Assembly: GCA_002335495.1 (NCBI GenBank)
Contig: DDBW01000020.1
Span: 11,124 to 75,123, forward strand
DNA from: Candidatus Dojkabacteria bacterium UBA2022
GTDB taxonomy: Bacteria > Patescibacteriota > Dojkabacteria > SC72
Direction: 5' to 3'
Length of the DNA stretch: 64,000 nt
Part shown: one piece after another, positions 20,440 to 30,508 of the stretch
How the letters are laid out: every line of letters begins with the position of its first letter
How positions within the stretch are numbered: position 1 is the stretch's first letter
The notes under the pieces: model-generated
Seen by the model: the letters and a program-made list of their open reading frames with translations, nothing else
Database searches by the model: none
What the model was told of the DNA's origin: nothing
Position numbers and translations under genes: made by a program

Positions 20440-20450
20440 GAATTGAAGTT

Positions 20451-20474
20451 AGGGAGAGGCACTCGCCTCTCCCT
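20451..20474 (+). terminator. stem-loop after tuf (10-bp perfect stem AGGGAGAGGC/GCCTCTCCCT)
   Basis: It is a perfect inverted repeat with a 4-nt loop, followed by AT-rich sequence with no clean U-tract. Confidence 0.5.
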
Positions 20475-20510
20475 AATTATAGATAATTTAAATTAGCTCT
20501 TTATAAGATA

Positions 20511-20822
20511 ATGGCAAGTGCAGCTGCAAAAATACGGGTAAAGTTAAGAGGGTATGACTCCATAGTTTTGGATAAATCCTCTCGCAGCATTATCGAAACC
20601 GCGATTAGTACTGGTGCAAAAGTTGCCGGTCCTATTCCTCTACCAACAAAAAGTAGAAAAGTTGCGGTAAATCGTTCGACATTCATTTACAAAAGCTCTG
20701 TAGAGCATTTCGAGATTAAAACGCATAAAAGAATCATTGATATAATTGAGCCTACTCCAAAGACAATAGATGCTTTACAGCATCTACAAATGCCTGCTGG
20801 AGTTGACATTGAGATACAATAA
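20511..20822 (+). CDS. rpsJ: 30S ribosomal protein S10
   Basis: [10 protein letters not shown]...S10 signature. It is the first gene of the S10 operon. Confidence 0.9.
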   Translation: MASAAAKIRVKLRGYDSIVLDKSSRSIIETAISTGAKVAGPIPLPTKSRKVAVNRSTFIYKSSVEHFEIKTHKRIIDIIEPTPKTIDALQHLQMPAGVDIEIQ

Positions 20823-20824
20823 AT

Positions 20825-21406
20825 ATGAAAGCAATTATTGGAATAAAAAAAGGAATGACAAGAGTATTCAAGGGAGAGAAATCTGTTCCTGTTACTGTTG
20901 TCGATGTTTCAGGGTGTGTTGTTTCTTTGAAAGATAGTAATGGTGTTGAACTTGCCGTTGGAAAGAAAGTTAAAAGTAATAAAGCTCTTACTGGTAAGTA
21001 TAAGACAATTGGTTTTGTTCCTATGTATAGAGAATACTTTCATGGATTGACCCAGGAAGCTGAAGTAGGAACAGAAGTAAAACCAGAAGTATTTACTCAG
21101 GGAGAAAAAGTTACTATTACAGGGATTACAAAGGGTAAAGGATTTGCAGGTGTTGTTAAGAGATATGGATTTGCTGGTGGACCTAGAACTCACGGTCAGT
21201 CCGACCGACAGAGAGCTCCAGGATCAATTGGTGCAGGTACTACACCAGGTAGAGTTTTGAAAGGTAAGAGAATGGCAGGACATTTAGGAACAAAGACTGT
21301 TACCTTGAATGATAGAGAAGTTGTTGATATTATTGACTCCTACATTTTGCTTTCTGGACCTGTTCCAGGAAACAATGGAGATAAGGTTGTAATTTATACT
21401 AAATAA
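20825..21406 (+). CDS. rplC: 50S ribosomal protein L3
   Basis: The GMTRVF start and conserved L3 core are present. It sits in the canonical position. Confidence 0.9.
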   Translation: MKAIIGIKKGMTRVFKGEKSVPVTVVDVSGCVVSLKDSNGVELAVGKKVKSNKALTGKYKTIGFVPMYREYFHGLTQEAEVGTEVKPEVFTQGEKVTITGITKGKGFAGVVKRYGFAGGPRTHGQSDRQRAPGSIGAGTTPGRVLKGKRMAGHLGTKTVTLNDREVVDIIDSYILLSGPVPGNNGDKVVIYTK

Positions 21407-21408
21407 GC

Positions 21409-22053
21409 ATGGCTACTGAAAAAATAAAAAAGACAACTGAAAAGAAAGTTGCAAAGAGTACAAAGGTTGAAGCTCCAAAGGGTATGGATTTAAATCCAGC
21501 TATCTGGGATGTAAAACTTAACCCTGACTTAGTTGCTCAGGTTTTGTATGTTCAGCAATCAAATGCAAGGCAGGGTAATGCTCATGCTAAGAGTAGAGCT
21601 GATGTCTCTGGTGGTGGAAGAAAACCATGGAGGCAGAAAGGAACTGGTAGAGCAAGGCACGGATCTATCCGATCTCCATTGTGGAGAAAGGGTGGTGTTA
21701 CCTTCGTTCCAAATAATAGAAATTGGTCAAAGAAGGTTAATAAGCAGATGGTTAAGAAAGCTATTTGCATGCTTCTTTCTGAAAGATTGAAATCTGGAAA
21801 TCTTGAGTTTGTTAATGTCGAAACTAAAGGTACTAAGGAATTGAGAACAACATTGACCAATCAATTTGGAAAAGTTAGAGGTCTGGTTATTTCTAACAAT
21901 ACTGATGTAAAAATGTCATTATCAAACGTACAGAAAGTTGATTTTGCTGTTCCATCTGTATTCTCAGTCAGTAACCTTATAAAAGCAAAGAAAATTATCG
22001 TTGATAATGCAGTAGTTAATATAATTGAAGAGAGGCTTAGCAATGGAAAGTAA
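21409..22053 (+). CDS. rplD: 50S ribosomal protein L4
   Basis: The KPWRQKGTGRAR L4 motif is present. Confidence 0.9.
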   Translation: MATEKIKKTTEKKVAKSTKVEAPKGMDLNPAIWDVKLNPDLVAQVLYVQQSNARQGNAHAKSRADVSGGGRKPWRQKGTGRARHGSIRSPLWRKGGVTFVPNNRNWSKKVNKQMVKKAICMLLSERLKSGNLEFVNVETKGTKELRTTLTNQFGKVRGLVISNNTDVKMSLSNVQKVDFAVPSVFSVSNLIKAKKIIVDNAVVNIIEERLSNGK

Positions 22054-22333
22054 TATCCTTCTACAACCAGTTGTTTCAGAAAAGAGCTATATTTTAGCTA
22101 ATGCAGCTAATAAATATACTTTCTTTGTTGATGCCAAAGCTACTAAAGTTGATGTAAAGAACGCTGTAAGTAAAAAGTATAAAGTTACAGTAACTGATGT
22201 AAACATTGTTACAGTACCTGGAAAGTTGAAAACCGATTGGGTTCGAAGATTGCAGTTTAGAAAGAGCGATATGAAAAAGGCAATTGTTCAACTTAAAAAG
22301 GGAGATAAGATAGAAGAATTTTTAAACGTATAA
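22043..22333 (+). CDS. rplW: 50S ribosomal protein L23
   Basis: L23 fold sequence (YTFFVDAKATKVDVKNAV) is present. The start was moved to the internal Met at 22043 to limit overlap with rplD. Confidence 0.85.
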   Translation: MESNILLQPVVSEKSYILANAANKYTFFVDAKATKVDVKNAVSKKYKVTVTDVNIVTVPGKLKTDWVRRLQFRKSDMKKAIVQLKKGDKIEEFLNV

Positions 22334-22336
22334 ACC

Positions 22337-23185
22337 ATGGGAGTAAAAAGCTTTAAACCAAAAACTGCATCATTGAGAGGAACCAAATTAGCTGACAGAT
22401 CAATGTTAGTTAAGGACGGCGGTCCAAAGTCTTTAACTCTTCCAAAGAAGAAGAGATCAGGAAGAAACTCTCAGGGAAAGATTACTATCCGACATCAGGG
22501 AGGTGGATTCAAGAGAAGAATAAGAATTGTTGATTTTAAAAGAGAGAAGTATGGAGTACCTGCTAAAGTTGAAGGTCTATACTTTGACCCTAATAGATCC
22601 GCTCATCTTGCTCTTTTGCAGTATGCAGACGGAGAAAAAAGATATATAATTGCGCCTAGAGGTTTGAAGGTTGGTGATAGCGTTGTTTCAGGTGAGAAAG
22701 AAGATATCCTAGTCGGAAATGCAATGAAGATTAAGAATATTCCTTCTGGTACAATGGTTAACTCCGTTGAGATTGAGCCTGGAAAGGGAGCTGTTTTTGG
22801 AAGGTCCGCAGGTAACGCAGTCACAGTTCAAGGAGTTGATCCATCAGGAAGATATGTTCAAATTAGTCTTCCATCTGGTGAAATCAGACTTGTACACGGT
22901 GACTGTATGGCAACTATCGGTGAGGTAGGTAACGAAGAGAATCTTAACGTCAAGCTTGGAAAAGCTGGACGAAGTAGAAATCTTGGAATTCGACCAACTG
23001 TTAGAGGTATGGTTATGCATCCTGCTCAGCACCCACACGGTGGTGGTGAAGGTAAAGGTACTATTGGTAAGGCCAAGGATAAATGGGGTAGAAGAATTGG
23101 AACTAGAACTAGAAATAGTAAGAGAACTGATAAGTTCATTATTAAGAGAAGAAGACCGGCTACAAGGCCGTTTGCTAAGAAATAA
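22337..23185 (+). CDS. rplB: 50S ribosomal protein L2
   Basis: The GRNSQGKITIRHQGGG and HPHGGGEGK L2 motifs are present. Confidence 0.95.
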   Translation: MGVKSFKPKTASLRGTKLADRSMLVKDGGPKSLTLPKKKRSGRNSQGKITIRHQGGGFKRRIRIVDFKREKYGVPAKVEGLYFDPNRSAHLALLQYADGEKRYIIAPRGLKVGDSVVSGEKEDILVGNAMKIKNIPSGTMVNSVEIEPGKGAVFGRSAGNAVTVQGVDPSGRYVQISLPSGEIRLVHGDCMATIGEVGNEENLNVKLGKAGRSRNLGIRPTVRGMVMHPAQHPHGGGEGKGTIGKAKDKWGRRIGTRTRNSKRTDKFIIKRRRPATRPFAKK

Positions 23186-23201
23186 TTTATTGTAAACAGA
23201 T

Positions 23202-23507
23202 ATGTCAAGATCACTTAAAAAAGGACCATATGTAGATGAGAAATTGATGAAGAAGGTTGCTAAGGCAATTGAGACCGGTTCTCGATCTCCAATTAAAACC
23301 TGGGCAAGAGCTTCTACAATTACCCCTGAGATGGTAGGTCTTACATTTGCTGTGCACAATGGAAAGAAACATGAAAACGTTTTGGTACAGGAATCAATGG
23401 TTGGACATAAACTAGGTGAATTCGTGCTGACAAGAACCTTCAGAGGTCATGCTAAGAAAGGTAAGCTCTCTAAGGTATATGGAAGCAGTGGAAGATTTGA
23501 AGAGTAA
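23202..23507 (+). CDS. rpsS: 30S ribosomal protein S19
   Basis: The [12 protein letters not shown] start and GHKLGEF motif are present. Confidence 0.9.
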   Translation: MSRSLKKGPYVDEKLMKKVAKAIETGSRSPIKTWARASTITPEMVGLTFAVHNGKKHENVLVQESMVGHKLGEFVLTRTFRGHAKKGKLSKVYGSSGRFEE

Positions 23508-23523
23508 TTTTTAAGAGACCAAT

Positions 23524-23865
23524 ATGGAACAGAAAGTAATTAGATCACAATCAAAGAATGTTCAGGTCAGCCCTCAGAAGATGAGATTGGTTGCCGACGT
23601 TGTAAGAGGATTGAACGTTGAGAAAGCTCTGGATGTATTGAAGTTTATGAATAAGAAAGGTGCTGCATTCCTTCGAAAAGTAGTTGCAACTGCAGCTGCT
23701 AACGCTAAGGATCTTCATGGAGTTGATGCAGGTAATCTTGAGATTTCCAAACTCACAATTGATGAGGGAGTGAAGTACAGAAGACCTAAATTTGCTTCAA
23801 GAGGAAGAGTATCGATGCTACATAAGAGGAGATCTAATATTAATTTAGAAGTTAAAGTTAAGTAA
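23524..23865 (+). CDS. rplV: 50S ribosomal protein L22
   Basis: The L22 core SPQKMRLVADVVRG is present. Confidence 0.9.
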   Translation: MEQKVIRSQSKNVQVSPQKMRLVADVVRGLNVEKALDVLKFMNKKGAAFLRKVVATAAANAKDLHGVDAGNLEISKLTIDEGVKYRRPKFASRGRVSMLHKRRSNINLEVKVK

Positions 23866-24512
23866 TGGGAAATAAGATTGTACCTACATCAGTAAGATTG
23901 GGTGTAAATAAAACTTGGGGTGCAGTTTGGTTTGCAAAGAAGAAAGACTTCGGAAAGGTTTTGATGTCTGATATTCTTGTAAAAAAAGAACTTAAAAAAG
24001 TACTAAACCCAGCTGGCTTAGACAGTATTAATATATATAGAACTCCAGGTAATATTGAAATTGAGGTCCATGTCGCTAGACCAGGAGTCGCTATCGGAAG
24101 AGGTGGATCTGGAATTGATGATTTACAAAAGCACTTGAAAAAACTTACCAAATCAAATGTTGAAATTAAGATTAAAGAGGTTAAGAAGCCTGATATGTCT
24201 GCGAGAATAATTGCAAGGACGATTGCAGATGGAATTGAGAGAAGGCAGCCTTCAAAGTTGTTAATTGCAGCTGCAAAGGAGAAAGCTATGTTGGCAGGAG
24301 CTAAGGGTATTAAAATCCTCGTTTCTGGTCGTATTAACAATGCTTCTCAAGCTCGATCCCAGAAAGATGTAGATGGCCCAGTACCAACCCAGACATTGAA
24401 AGCAAATATTGACTATGCAGAAGAAACCGCCGCATCAGCAGATGCAGGTTTGTATGGTGTAAAAGTGTGGGTATACAAAGGAAAGGATAATTTAGATGAG
24501 AAGAATGCTTAA
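23865..24512 (+). CDS. rpsC: 30S ribosomal protein S3
   Basis: The KH domain and the conserved S3 C-terminal domain are present. Confidence 0.9.
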   Translation: MGNKIVPTSVRLGVNKTWGAVWFAKKKDFGKVLMSDILVKKELKKVLNPAGLDSINIYRTPGNIEIEVHVARPGVAIGRGGSGIDDLQKHLKKLTKSNVEIKIKEVKKPDMSARIIARTIADGIERRQPSKLLIAAAKEKAMLAGAKGIKILVSGRINNASQARSQKDVDGPVPTQTLKANIDYAEETAASADAGLYGVKVWVYKGKDNLDEKNA

Positions 24513-24517
24513 ATATT

Positions 24518-24928
24518 ATGATGCAACCTAAGCAAAGAAAATACAGGAAAGACTTTAGAGGAAAGATGGGTGGTATTGCCACTTCAAACAACGATTTGGC
24601 ATTTGGTGAGTATGGTTTGAAATCTGTTGATAGAGGTTGGGTACATGCAAGAGAGATTGAAGCCGCAAGAAGAGCTATTACCGGTCATATTAAAAGAAAA
24701 GGAAAGGTTTGGATAAAGATTTTCCCACACAAACCATTTACTAAAAAGCCAAATAATACAAAGATGCTTGGTGGTAAGGGTGATATTGAGGGATATGTAT
24801 CAGTAGTCGTACCAGGAACAATGTTGTTTGAATTAAGTGGTGTTGATGAGACTACAGCAAGAGAAGCTTTGAGATTAGCTGCACACAAGCTATCAGTACT
24901 AACTAAATTTGTTGTTAGCAGAAAGTAA
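24518..24928 (+). CDS. rplP: 50S ribosomal protein L16
   Basis: The L16 signature (RKGKVWIKIFPHKPFTKKP) is present. Confidence 0.9.
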   Translation: MMQPKQRKYRKDFRGKMGGIATSNNDLAFGEYGLKSVDRGWVHAREIEAARRAITGHIKRKGKVWIKIFPHKPFTKKPNNTKMLGGKGDIEGYVSVVVPGTMLFELSGVDETTAREALRLAAHKLSVLTKFVVSRK

Positions 24929-25119
24929 TGAGAGCAGATGATATTAGGAAAATGACAGTAGAGGAGATTAAGAAGGAAATTACCAGAGCTTACATGGAAT
25001 TAAAGAATACTACTGAAGCTATAAAGACCGGAAAAGAGAAAAATGTAAATAAGAGCTTGAATATGAGAAGAAATATTGCTAGAATGCTCACTGTTTTACA
25101 ACAGAAAACCAATAATTAA
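24928..25119 (+). CDS. rpmC: 50S ribosomal protein L29
   Basis: It is a 63-aa helical protein in the canonical position between rplP and rpsQ. Confidence 0.85.
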   Translation: MRADDIRKMTVEEIKKEITRAYMELKNTTEAIKTGKEKNVNKSLNMRRNIARMLTVLQQKTNN

Positions 25120-25123
25120 TTAA

Positions 25124-25399
25124 TTGAACTTTTTAATGGCTACTAAGAAAACAACAAAACCAGAAGTTAAGAGCTCAAACAGAAGAGTTATTGAGGCTAA
25201 AGTTGTAAGTAACAAAATGGAGAAAACCGTTAAGGTTGTGGTGGAAACAAAGACCATGCATCCTGTTTATAAGAAAGTTATGAACAAGAGAAAGGTATAC
25301 TTTGCTCACACCGAAAAGCCTTTGAATGAAGGTGATATGGTTAAGATTAAAGAATCAAGACCATATTCTAAAAATGTAAAATGGGTAGTTGTTGAATAA
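25124..25399 (+). CDS. rpsQ: 30S ribosomal protein S17
   Basis: The S17 OB-fold sequence ([17 protein letters not shown]) is present. The start may be the internal Met at 25136. Confidence 0.9.
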   Translation: MNFLMATKKTTKPEVKSSNRRVIEAKVVSNKMEKTVKVVVETKTMHPVYKKVMNKRKVYFAHTEKPLNEGDMVKIKESRPYSKNVKWVVVE

Positions 25400-25767
25400 T
25401 GGTTCAGTTAAACAGTTTATTAAAAGTTGCAGATAATAGTGGAGCCAGAATGGTTAAGCTTATTGGAGTTCCAGGTTTCTCTAAGAGAAAGTGGGCAAGA
25501 ATAGGTGATGTCATAACTGTTTCTGCTGTTGATACAGTCCCTAACTCTGATATTGAGGAGCATGCTGTATTAAAGGCAGTTGTAGTTAGAACAACCAAAG
25601 AGGTTAGAAGAAAAGATGGGTCTTACATTCGATTTGGAGATAATGCAGTTGTTATAATTGACTCCAAGAAAGCTCCTAAGGGAACTAGAATGTTTGGACC
25701 AATTGCAAGAGAGTTAAAAGAAAAAGGTTTTGATAAAATAATTTCTTTAGCACCAGAAGTACTATAA
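25399..25767 (+). CDS. rplN: 50S ribosomal protein L14
   Basis: The [11 protein letters not shown]14 signature is present. Confidence 0.95.
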   Translation: MVQLNSLLKVADNSGARMVKLIGVPGFSKRKWARIGDVITVSAVDTVPNSDIEEHAVLKAVVVRTTKEVRRKDGSYIRFGDNAVVIIDSKKAPKGTRMFGPIARELKEKGFDKIISLAPEVL

Positions 25768-26141
25768 TGAAAATCAGAAAGTCAGATACAGTTAAAATAC
25801 TATACGGAAAAGATTCTGGAAAAACCGGTAAGGTTGTTTTAGTTGATCCTAAGAATAGTAAATTGGTAGTTGAAGGAGTCAACGTTTTTAAGAAGCATGT
25901 TAAAGGTGATGGTCAGACTAGAAAGTCAGAAATTGTTAATGTTATGAGGCCAGTTGCATCTTCTAAGGTAGCTCTTGTATGTCCACACTGTGGAAAACCA
26001 ACTAGAGTAGTAATGACAAAAGAAGGTAATAACTTCGTGAGAACATGCAAGAAGTGCGGTAAAGGATTGGATGTTAAGGTTGCTAAAGTCGAAGAGAAAA
26101 AGGAAGAGACTAAATCTAAGAAAGTAAGTAAAAAGAAATAA
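25767..26141 (+). CDS. rplX: 50S ribosomal protein L24 (Cys4 zinc-knuckle variant with a Lys-rich tail)
   Basis: The KOW region matches L24. CPHC...CKKC replaces the usual C-terminal beta hairpin. A K/E-rich tail follows. Confidence 0.9.
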   Translation: MKIRKSDTVKILYGKDSGKTGKVVLVDPKNSKLVVEGVNVFKKHVKGDGQTRKSEIVNVMRPVASSKVALVCPHCGKPTRVVMTKEGNNFVRTCKKCGKGLDVKVAKVEEKKEETKSKKVSKKK

Positions 26142-26143
26142 TT

Positions 26144-26698
26144 ATGACAAGATTACAGGATTTATACAATAAAACATATAGAAACGAGCTCATGAAAGAG
26201 TTAGGTCTTGATAATGTTATGGCAGTGCCTACCATTACTAAGATTGTTATTAACTCTGGTGTTGGTGAGGCAGTAAACAATAGCAATGCTATTGAAGAGA
26301 TGGCTGAAATTCTCGAAAGGATTTCAGGTCAGAAACCTGTTATTAACAAAGCTAAGAAAGCTATCTCTGCATTCAAAATTAGAGAAGGGTTGGAAATTGG
26401 TGTTTCTGTTACCCTTCGTGGTGCAAAAATGTGGCAGTTTTTTGATAAACTTGTTAACGTTGTATTCCCAAGAACCAAGGATTTCAGAGGTGTAAATCCA
26501 AACGCTTTTGATGGAGCTGGTAACTACTCAATTGGTATTACTGAGCATACTGTATTCCCTGAGATTGATCCTAATAAAGTTCAGAAAATTAGACCTTTAC
26601 AATTAACAATTGTTACAAATACTAGAAGTAATGAATATGCGAGAGCATTATTAAATAAATTTGGTTTCCCATTTAAGAAGGATGGCAACAAGAGCTAA
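26144..26698 (+). CDS. rplE: 50S ribosomal protein L5
   Basis: The conserved L5 core is present in the canonical position. Confidence 0.9.
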   Translation: MTRLQDLYNKTYRNELMKELGLDNVMAVPTITKIVINSGVGEAVNNSNAIEEMAEILERISGQKPVINKAKKAISAFKIREGLEIGVSVTLRGAKMWQFFDKLVNVVFPRTKDFRGVNPNAFDGAGNYSIGITEHTVFPEIDPNKVQKIRPLQLTIVTNTRSNEYARALLNKFGFPFKKDGNKS

Positions 26699-26876
26699 GG
26701 AAGTACAAGAGAAAAAGTTAAAGCAGAAGGCAAAGTTTTCCGCTAGGGTGTATAATAGATGCCAGAATTGTGGGAGAGCAAGAGCATATTTGAGACATTA
26801 TGGAGTTTGTAGAATTTGTTTTAGGAAGCTAGCTAGCCATGGAGAAATTCCAGGCGTAAAGAAAGCTATTTGGTAA
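26682..26876 (+). CDS. rpsN: 30S ribosomal protein S14, zinc-binding Z type
   Basis: The [22 protein letters not shown] Cys4 motif is present. The start was set at the internal Met (MATRAK). Confidence 0.85.
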   Translation: MATRAKEVQEKKLKQKAKFSARVYNRCQNCGRARAYLRHYGVCRICFRKLASHGEIPGVKKAIW

Positions 26877-26892
26877 TTTTATATTTAGAAAA

Positions 26893-27270
26893 ATGAACGA
26901 TACACTATCAGATCTATTGGCAAGATTACAAAACGGAATAATTGCAAAAAGAGATTACGTTACTGTTCCTGTTACCAAAATGGTTAAGGCAGTACTTGAT
27001 ATTTTGAAGAAGGAGGAGATGATTGTTGATTATACACAAGAAGATGGTGTTTATACTGTTGAGTTAAAGTATGATAATGGTGAACCTGTTGTTACTAAGT
27101 TTGTTAGAGTTAGCAAGCCTGGGTTAAGAAAGTATGTTTCTTCATACGAACTTAAGCCTGTTATGAACGGAAGAGGTATTAGTATTGTAAGTACCTCAAA
27201 GGGATTAATGTCAGGTGCTCTTGCTAAATCCAAGAAGCTTGGTGGTGAATTAATATGTGAAGTCTGGTAA
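26893..27270 (+). CDS. rpsH: 30S ribosomal protein S8
   Basis: DTLSDLLARLQN opens the S8 start. Confidence 0.9.
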   Translation: MNDTLSDLLARLQNGIIAKRDYVTVPVTKMVKAVLDILKKEEMIVDYTQEDGVYTVELKYDNGEPVVTKFVRVSKPGLRKYVSSYELKPVMNGRGISIVSTSKGLMSGALAKSKKLGGELICEVW

Positions 27271-27274
27271 TAGA

Positions 27275-27820
27275 ATGTCTAAAGTAGGATACAATCCAAT
27301 TACAATTACAGAAGGAGTAACTGTTACCGTTGACGGAAAGAAGGTTACAGCTAAAGGTCCAAAAGGAGAACTTTCAGTAACCGTTCCTTATATGATTGAT
27401 GTTGAAGTTAAAGATAATCAGATTCTCTTAACTAGAAAGAACGAAGAAAAACTTACAAAGTCTCTTCATGGAACAAACCGAGCTCTTGTTGCAAATATTG
27501 TAAAAGGAGTAAAGGATGGTTTCTCAAAGAAACTTGAGGTTATTGGTGTAGGTTATAGAGTTAGAATGGAGGGAACAACTCTTGTTATGAACCTTGGTTG
27601 GAATCACCCTGTGAAGGTTGCTTCCCCAGAGGGAATTACAATTGAAGCTCCAGACGAGAATACCATTATAGTTAGCGGAGCTGATAAGCAGAGGGTGGGT
27701 GAGGTAGCAGCGAGTATAAAAGAAATTAGAAAACCAGAACCATATAAAGGAAAAGGTATTAGGTACGAGGGAGAGTATGTTAAAAGAAAGAGTGCTAAAG
27801 CAGGAGTATCTTCTAAATAG
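27275..27820 (+). CDS. rplF: 50S ribosomal protein L6
   Basis: The SKVGYNPI L6 start is present, set at the internal Met. The two-domain L6 sequence is complete. Confidence 0.9.
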   Translation: MSKVGYNPITITEGVTVTVDGKKVTAKGPKGELSVTVPYMIDVEVKDNQILLTRKNEEKLTKSLHGTNRALVANIVKGVKDGFSKKLEVIGVGYRVRMEGTTLVMNLGWNHPVKVASPEGITIEAPDENTIIVSGADKQRVGEVAASIKEIRKPEPYKGKGIRYEGEYVKRKSAKAGVSSK

Positions 27821-27833
27821 TTAGACAATAAAT

Positions 27834-28163
27834 ATGATAAAGACAAAGAAAGAAAATAGAATAAGAAGAAAAATAAGAGTAAGAAAGAACGTGAGTGGTA
27901 CTTCTGAGAAGCCAAGAATTTTTGTCTTCAAGAGCAATAGATACCTTCATGTAGGTGTTTCTGATGATACTACTGGCGTAGTACTAATGGGAGGAAGAGC
28001 TAAAAGAACTTCTAAGGAAGTTGAAGGTCTTGGTTCCAAACTCGCTGGACAGTTAGAGAAAAAGAAACTCTCTACTGCAGTATTTGATAGAAGTGGATAT
28101 AAGTACCATGGGTTGATTGCGAAGTTTGTTGAAAGCTTAAGATCAAATGGAATTAAAATATAG
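27834..28163 (+). CDS. rplR: 50S ribosomal protein L18
   Basis: The L18 pattern (RIRRKIRVRK ... NRYLHVGVSDD) is present. Confidence 0.9.
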   Translation: MIKTKKENRIRRKIRVRKNVSGTSEKPRIFVFKSNRYLHVGVSDDTTGVVLMGGRAKRTSKEVEGLGSKLAGQLEKKKLSTAVFDRSGYKYHGLIAKFVESLRSNGIKI

Positions 28164-28173
28164 TTTTAAATAG

Positions 28174-28785
28174 ATGGAAAGAAGAAGCGAACCAAAAAAT
28201 TATGAGAAGCGAGCAGTTGCAATAAGAAGAGTTGCAAAGGTTAACGCAGGTGGAAAGAGATTAAGATTCTCAGCAATGGTTGTTGCTGGAGACAGGAATG
28301 GATCTGTTGGAGTTGCTTTAGGAAGAGGAGTTGATACTAGAAGTGCAATGGAGAAGGCTGAGAAAAAGGCTGTTAAGACTATGAAGAAAATTGAGGTCAT
28401 TGGTGATACTATTCCACATGAAATCAGAATGAAGTTCGGAGCAGCTCAGGTTATTCTTAGACCTGCTAAACCAGGTACTGGAATCATTGCTGGCTCTGCA
28501 TCAAGAATTGTTTTGGAGATGGCAGGTATTCAAAATGTGTACTGCAAGCAGTTAGGTTCAAATGATATTATTGCTAATACATACTGTACTTACGAAGCCC
28601 TCCTTGGATTGAGAAAGGCTAGAGTATTGAAGAAGATGAGAATCATGCAGGATAGAATTGGACTTAAGGAGAAGATGGATGCCGAAAGAAAAGCTAAAGA
28701 AGCAAAATTAAGAAAAGCAAAGAAAACAGATAATATAAATAAGGGAAAGCATGCAACTAGAAAGTTTACCACAAAGAAAAAATAG
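28174..28785 (+). CDS. rpsE: 30S ribosomal protein S5 (with a Lys-rich C-terminal extension)
   Basis: The S5 dsRBD and C-terminal domain are present. An extra K-rich tail of ~35 aa follows. It is followed directly by rplO with no rpmD between. Confidence 0.9.
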   Translation: MERRSEPKNYEKRAVAIRRVAKVNAGGKRLRFSAMVVAGDRNGSVGVALGRGVDTRSAMEKAEKKAVKTMKKIEVIGDTIPHEIRMKFGAAQVILRPAKPGTGIIAGSASRIVLEMAGIQNVYCKQLGSNDIIANTYCTYEALLGLRKARVLKKMRIMQDRIGLKEKMDAERKAKEAKLRKAKKTDNINKGKHATRKFTTKKK

Positions 28786-29191
28786 AAAACACGCTTCTAA
28801 GAGATTAGGACGAGGATATGGATCTGGAGTAGGTGGGCACACTGTAGGTAGAGGTACTAAAGGTCAGAAATCTAGATCTGGACATAAATCTACAGTATTC
28901 TTTGAAGGGGGAAACAGACCATTCTTTAGCAGAATTCCTAAGTTCAAGGGATTTAAGAGTAGGGCTGAAAAGTATCATCCAGTGAATCTTGTGTCAATTG
29001 AAGATGAGTATAAAGCAGGTGAAACTGTAAATATTGAGACTCTCAAAGAGAAGAAACTTGCTAAAAAGAGAACTAAACTTGTTAAAGTTCTTGGAGTTGG
29101 TGAAATTACCAAGAAGCTTACATTTGAAGGACTTAGTATTTCTGAGACTGCCAAGGCAAAGATTGAAAAAGCAGGCGGTACTATAAAGTAA
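28751..29191 (+). CDS. rplO: 50S ribosomal protein L15
   Basis: The RLGRGYGSGVGGHT L15 signature is present. It overlaps the rpsE 3' end. Confidence 0.85.
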   Translation: MQLESLPQRKNRKHASKRLGRGYGSGVGGHTVGRGTKGQKSRSGHKSTVFFEGGNRPFFSRIPKFKGFKSRAEKYHPVNLVSIEDEYKAGETVNIETLKEKKLAKKRTKLVKVLGVGEITKKLTFEGLSISETAKAKIEKAGGTIK

Positions 29192-29198
29192 ACACGCA

Positions 29199-30470
29199 AT
29201 GTTTAAAAATATATTCAATAACATTAGCCTCTATCTGAGGACTGAAGAAATAAGAAATAGAATATTTTTCTCCATATTGATTCTTGTTGTCTTTAGAGTG
29301 TTGGCATCTATACCTGTAGTAGGTATCCCTGCTGATGCTATATCCCAACTTTTTTCAGGAAGTAACTTTGGGGATCTCCTTTCTACCATATCTGGTGGTG
29401 TCTTAGAAACTGCTTCTATTGCCGCAATCGGTTTAACGCCGTATATTAATGCTTCCATCACACTTCAGCTTCTCACTCCTGTTATTCCGAAACTCGCGGA
29501 GTTAAAGAAAGAGGGTTCTAACGGAAGGAGAACTATAAGTATGTATACAAGATTACTAACAGTTCCTCTCGCAATCCTTCAATCATTTATCATCTACTCT
29601 ACCCTAAGAGGGTTCGGTTTGATGGATGTTCTCCAGCCCCTTGAACTTGTTGCGATGTCAGCTACCCTAACTACTGGATCTATCGTTATAATGTGGTTAG
29701 GAGAGCTTGTTTCTGAAAGCGGACTTGTCTCCGGTGGGAGCTCATACCTAATATTCCTTGGCATCCTTGCCGGTATCCCTGGATCTCTAACCAGTAACTT
29801 CCAATTTATGGATCCAACCCAGAAGGTTGTATTTATACTATTGAACATTATTCTAATCGCAGTCGTTGTACTTATTACTGAAGCTGAACGCAGGGTTAAG
29901 GTTCAGTATTCAAGGAGAGTTAGAGAGGGAGGAGCTATGGATAGTTACATTCCTCTTAAGCTTACTCAGTCAGGAGTTATGCCTGTTATCTTTGCTATAT
30001 CACTGATGTCCTTTCCGGATTTGATTGCTAGGTTCTTAATAAGTAGGGATATAAATGATACCGTGAACCTCTGGTCAAATAACACAATTCAATTTCTAGC
30101 AGATCCATATGTTCAGAATATTGGTACTTTCATATTCATAATTCTATTCTCGTTCTTCTATGTGACAGTTGTATTTAATACAGATGAAATCGCAGAAAAT
30201 CTTCAGAAGAACGGAGGATTTATACAGGGTATAAGGCCAGGAAAGTCCACGTCTAAGTACCTTAGGAATCTCTCTTTCAAATTAACAGCTGTTGGAGCTG
30301 GAATCCTTGCAATCATGTCTATTCTTCCTAATATTCTGCTTGCAATCGGTGTTGTAAATCAGTCACTGATTACAGGGACAGGCCTTTTGATTATTGTAGG
30401 TGTAGTACTTGATATCCGCCGTAAAATTAAATCTATGGCTGTTGTTAAAGATTACGGTAGATATATCTAA
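29199..30470 (+). CDS. secY: preprotein translocase subunit SecY
   Basis: It has 10 TM helices and conserved SecY blocks. Confidence 0.95.
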   Translation: MFKNIFNNISLYLRTEEIRNRIFFSILILVVFRVLASIPVVGIPADAISQLFSGSNFGDLLSTISGGVLETASIAAIGLTPYINASITLQLLTPVIPKLAELKKEGSNGRRTISMYTRLLTVPLAILQSFIIYSTLRGFGLMDVLQPLELVAMSATLTTGSIVIMWLGELVSESGLVSGGSSYLIFLGILAGIPGSLTSNFQFMDPTQKVVFILLNIILIAVVVLITEAERRVKVQYSRRVREGGAMDSYIPLKLTQSGVMPVIFAISLMSFPDLIARFLISRDINDTVNLWSNNTIQFLADPYVQNIGTFIFIILFSFFYVTVVFNTDEIAENLQKNGGFIQGIRPGKSTSKYLRNLSFKLTAVGAGILAIMSILPNILLAIGVVNQSLITGTGLLIIVGVVLDIRRKIKSMAVVKDYGRYI

Positions 30471-30508
30471 AACTTTTGTCACTATATAACTTAAAGTGGT
30501 ACAAGGTT

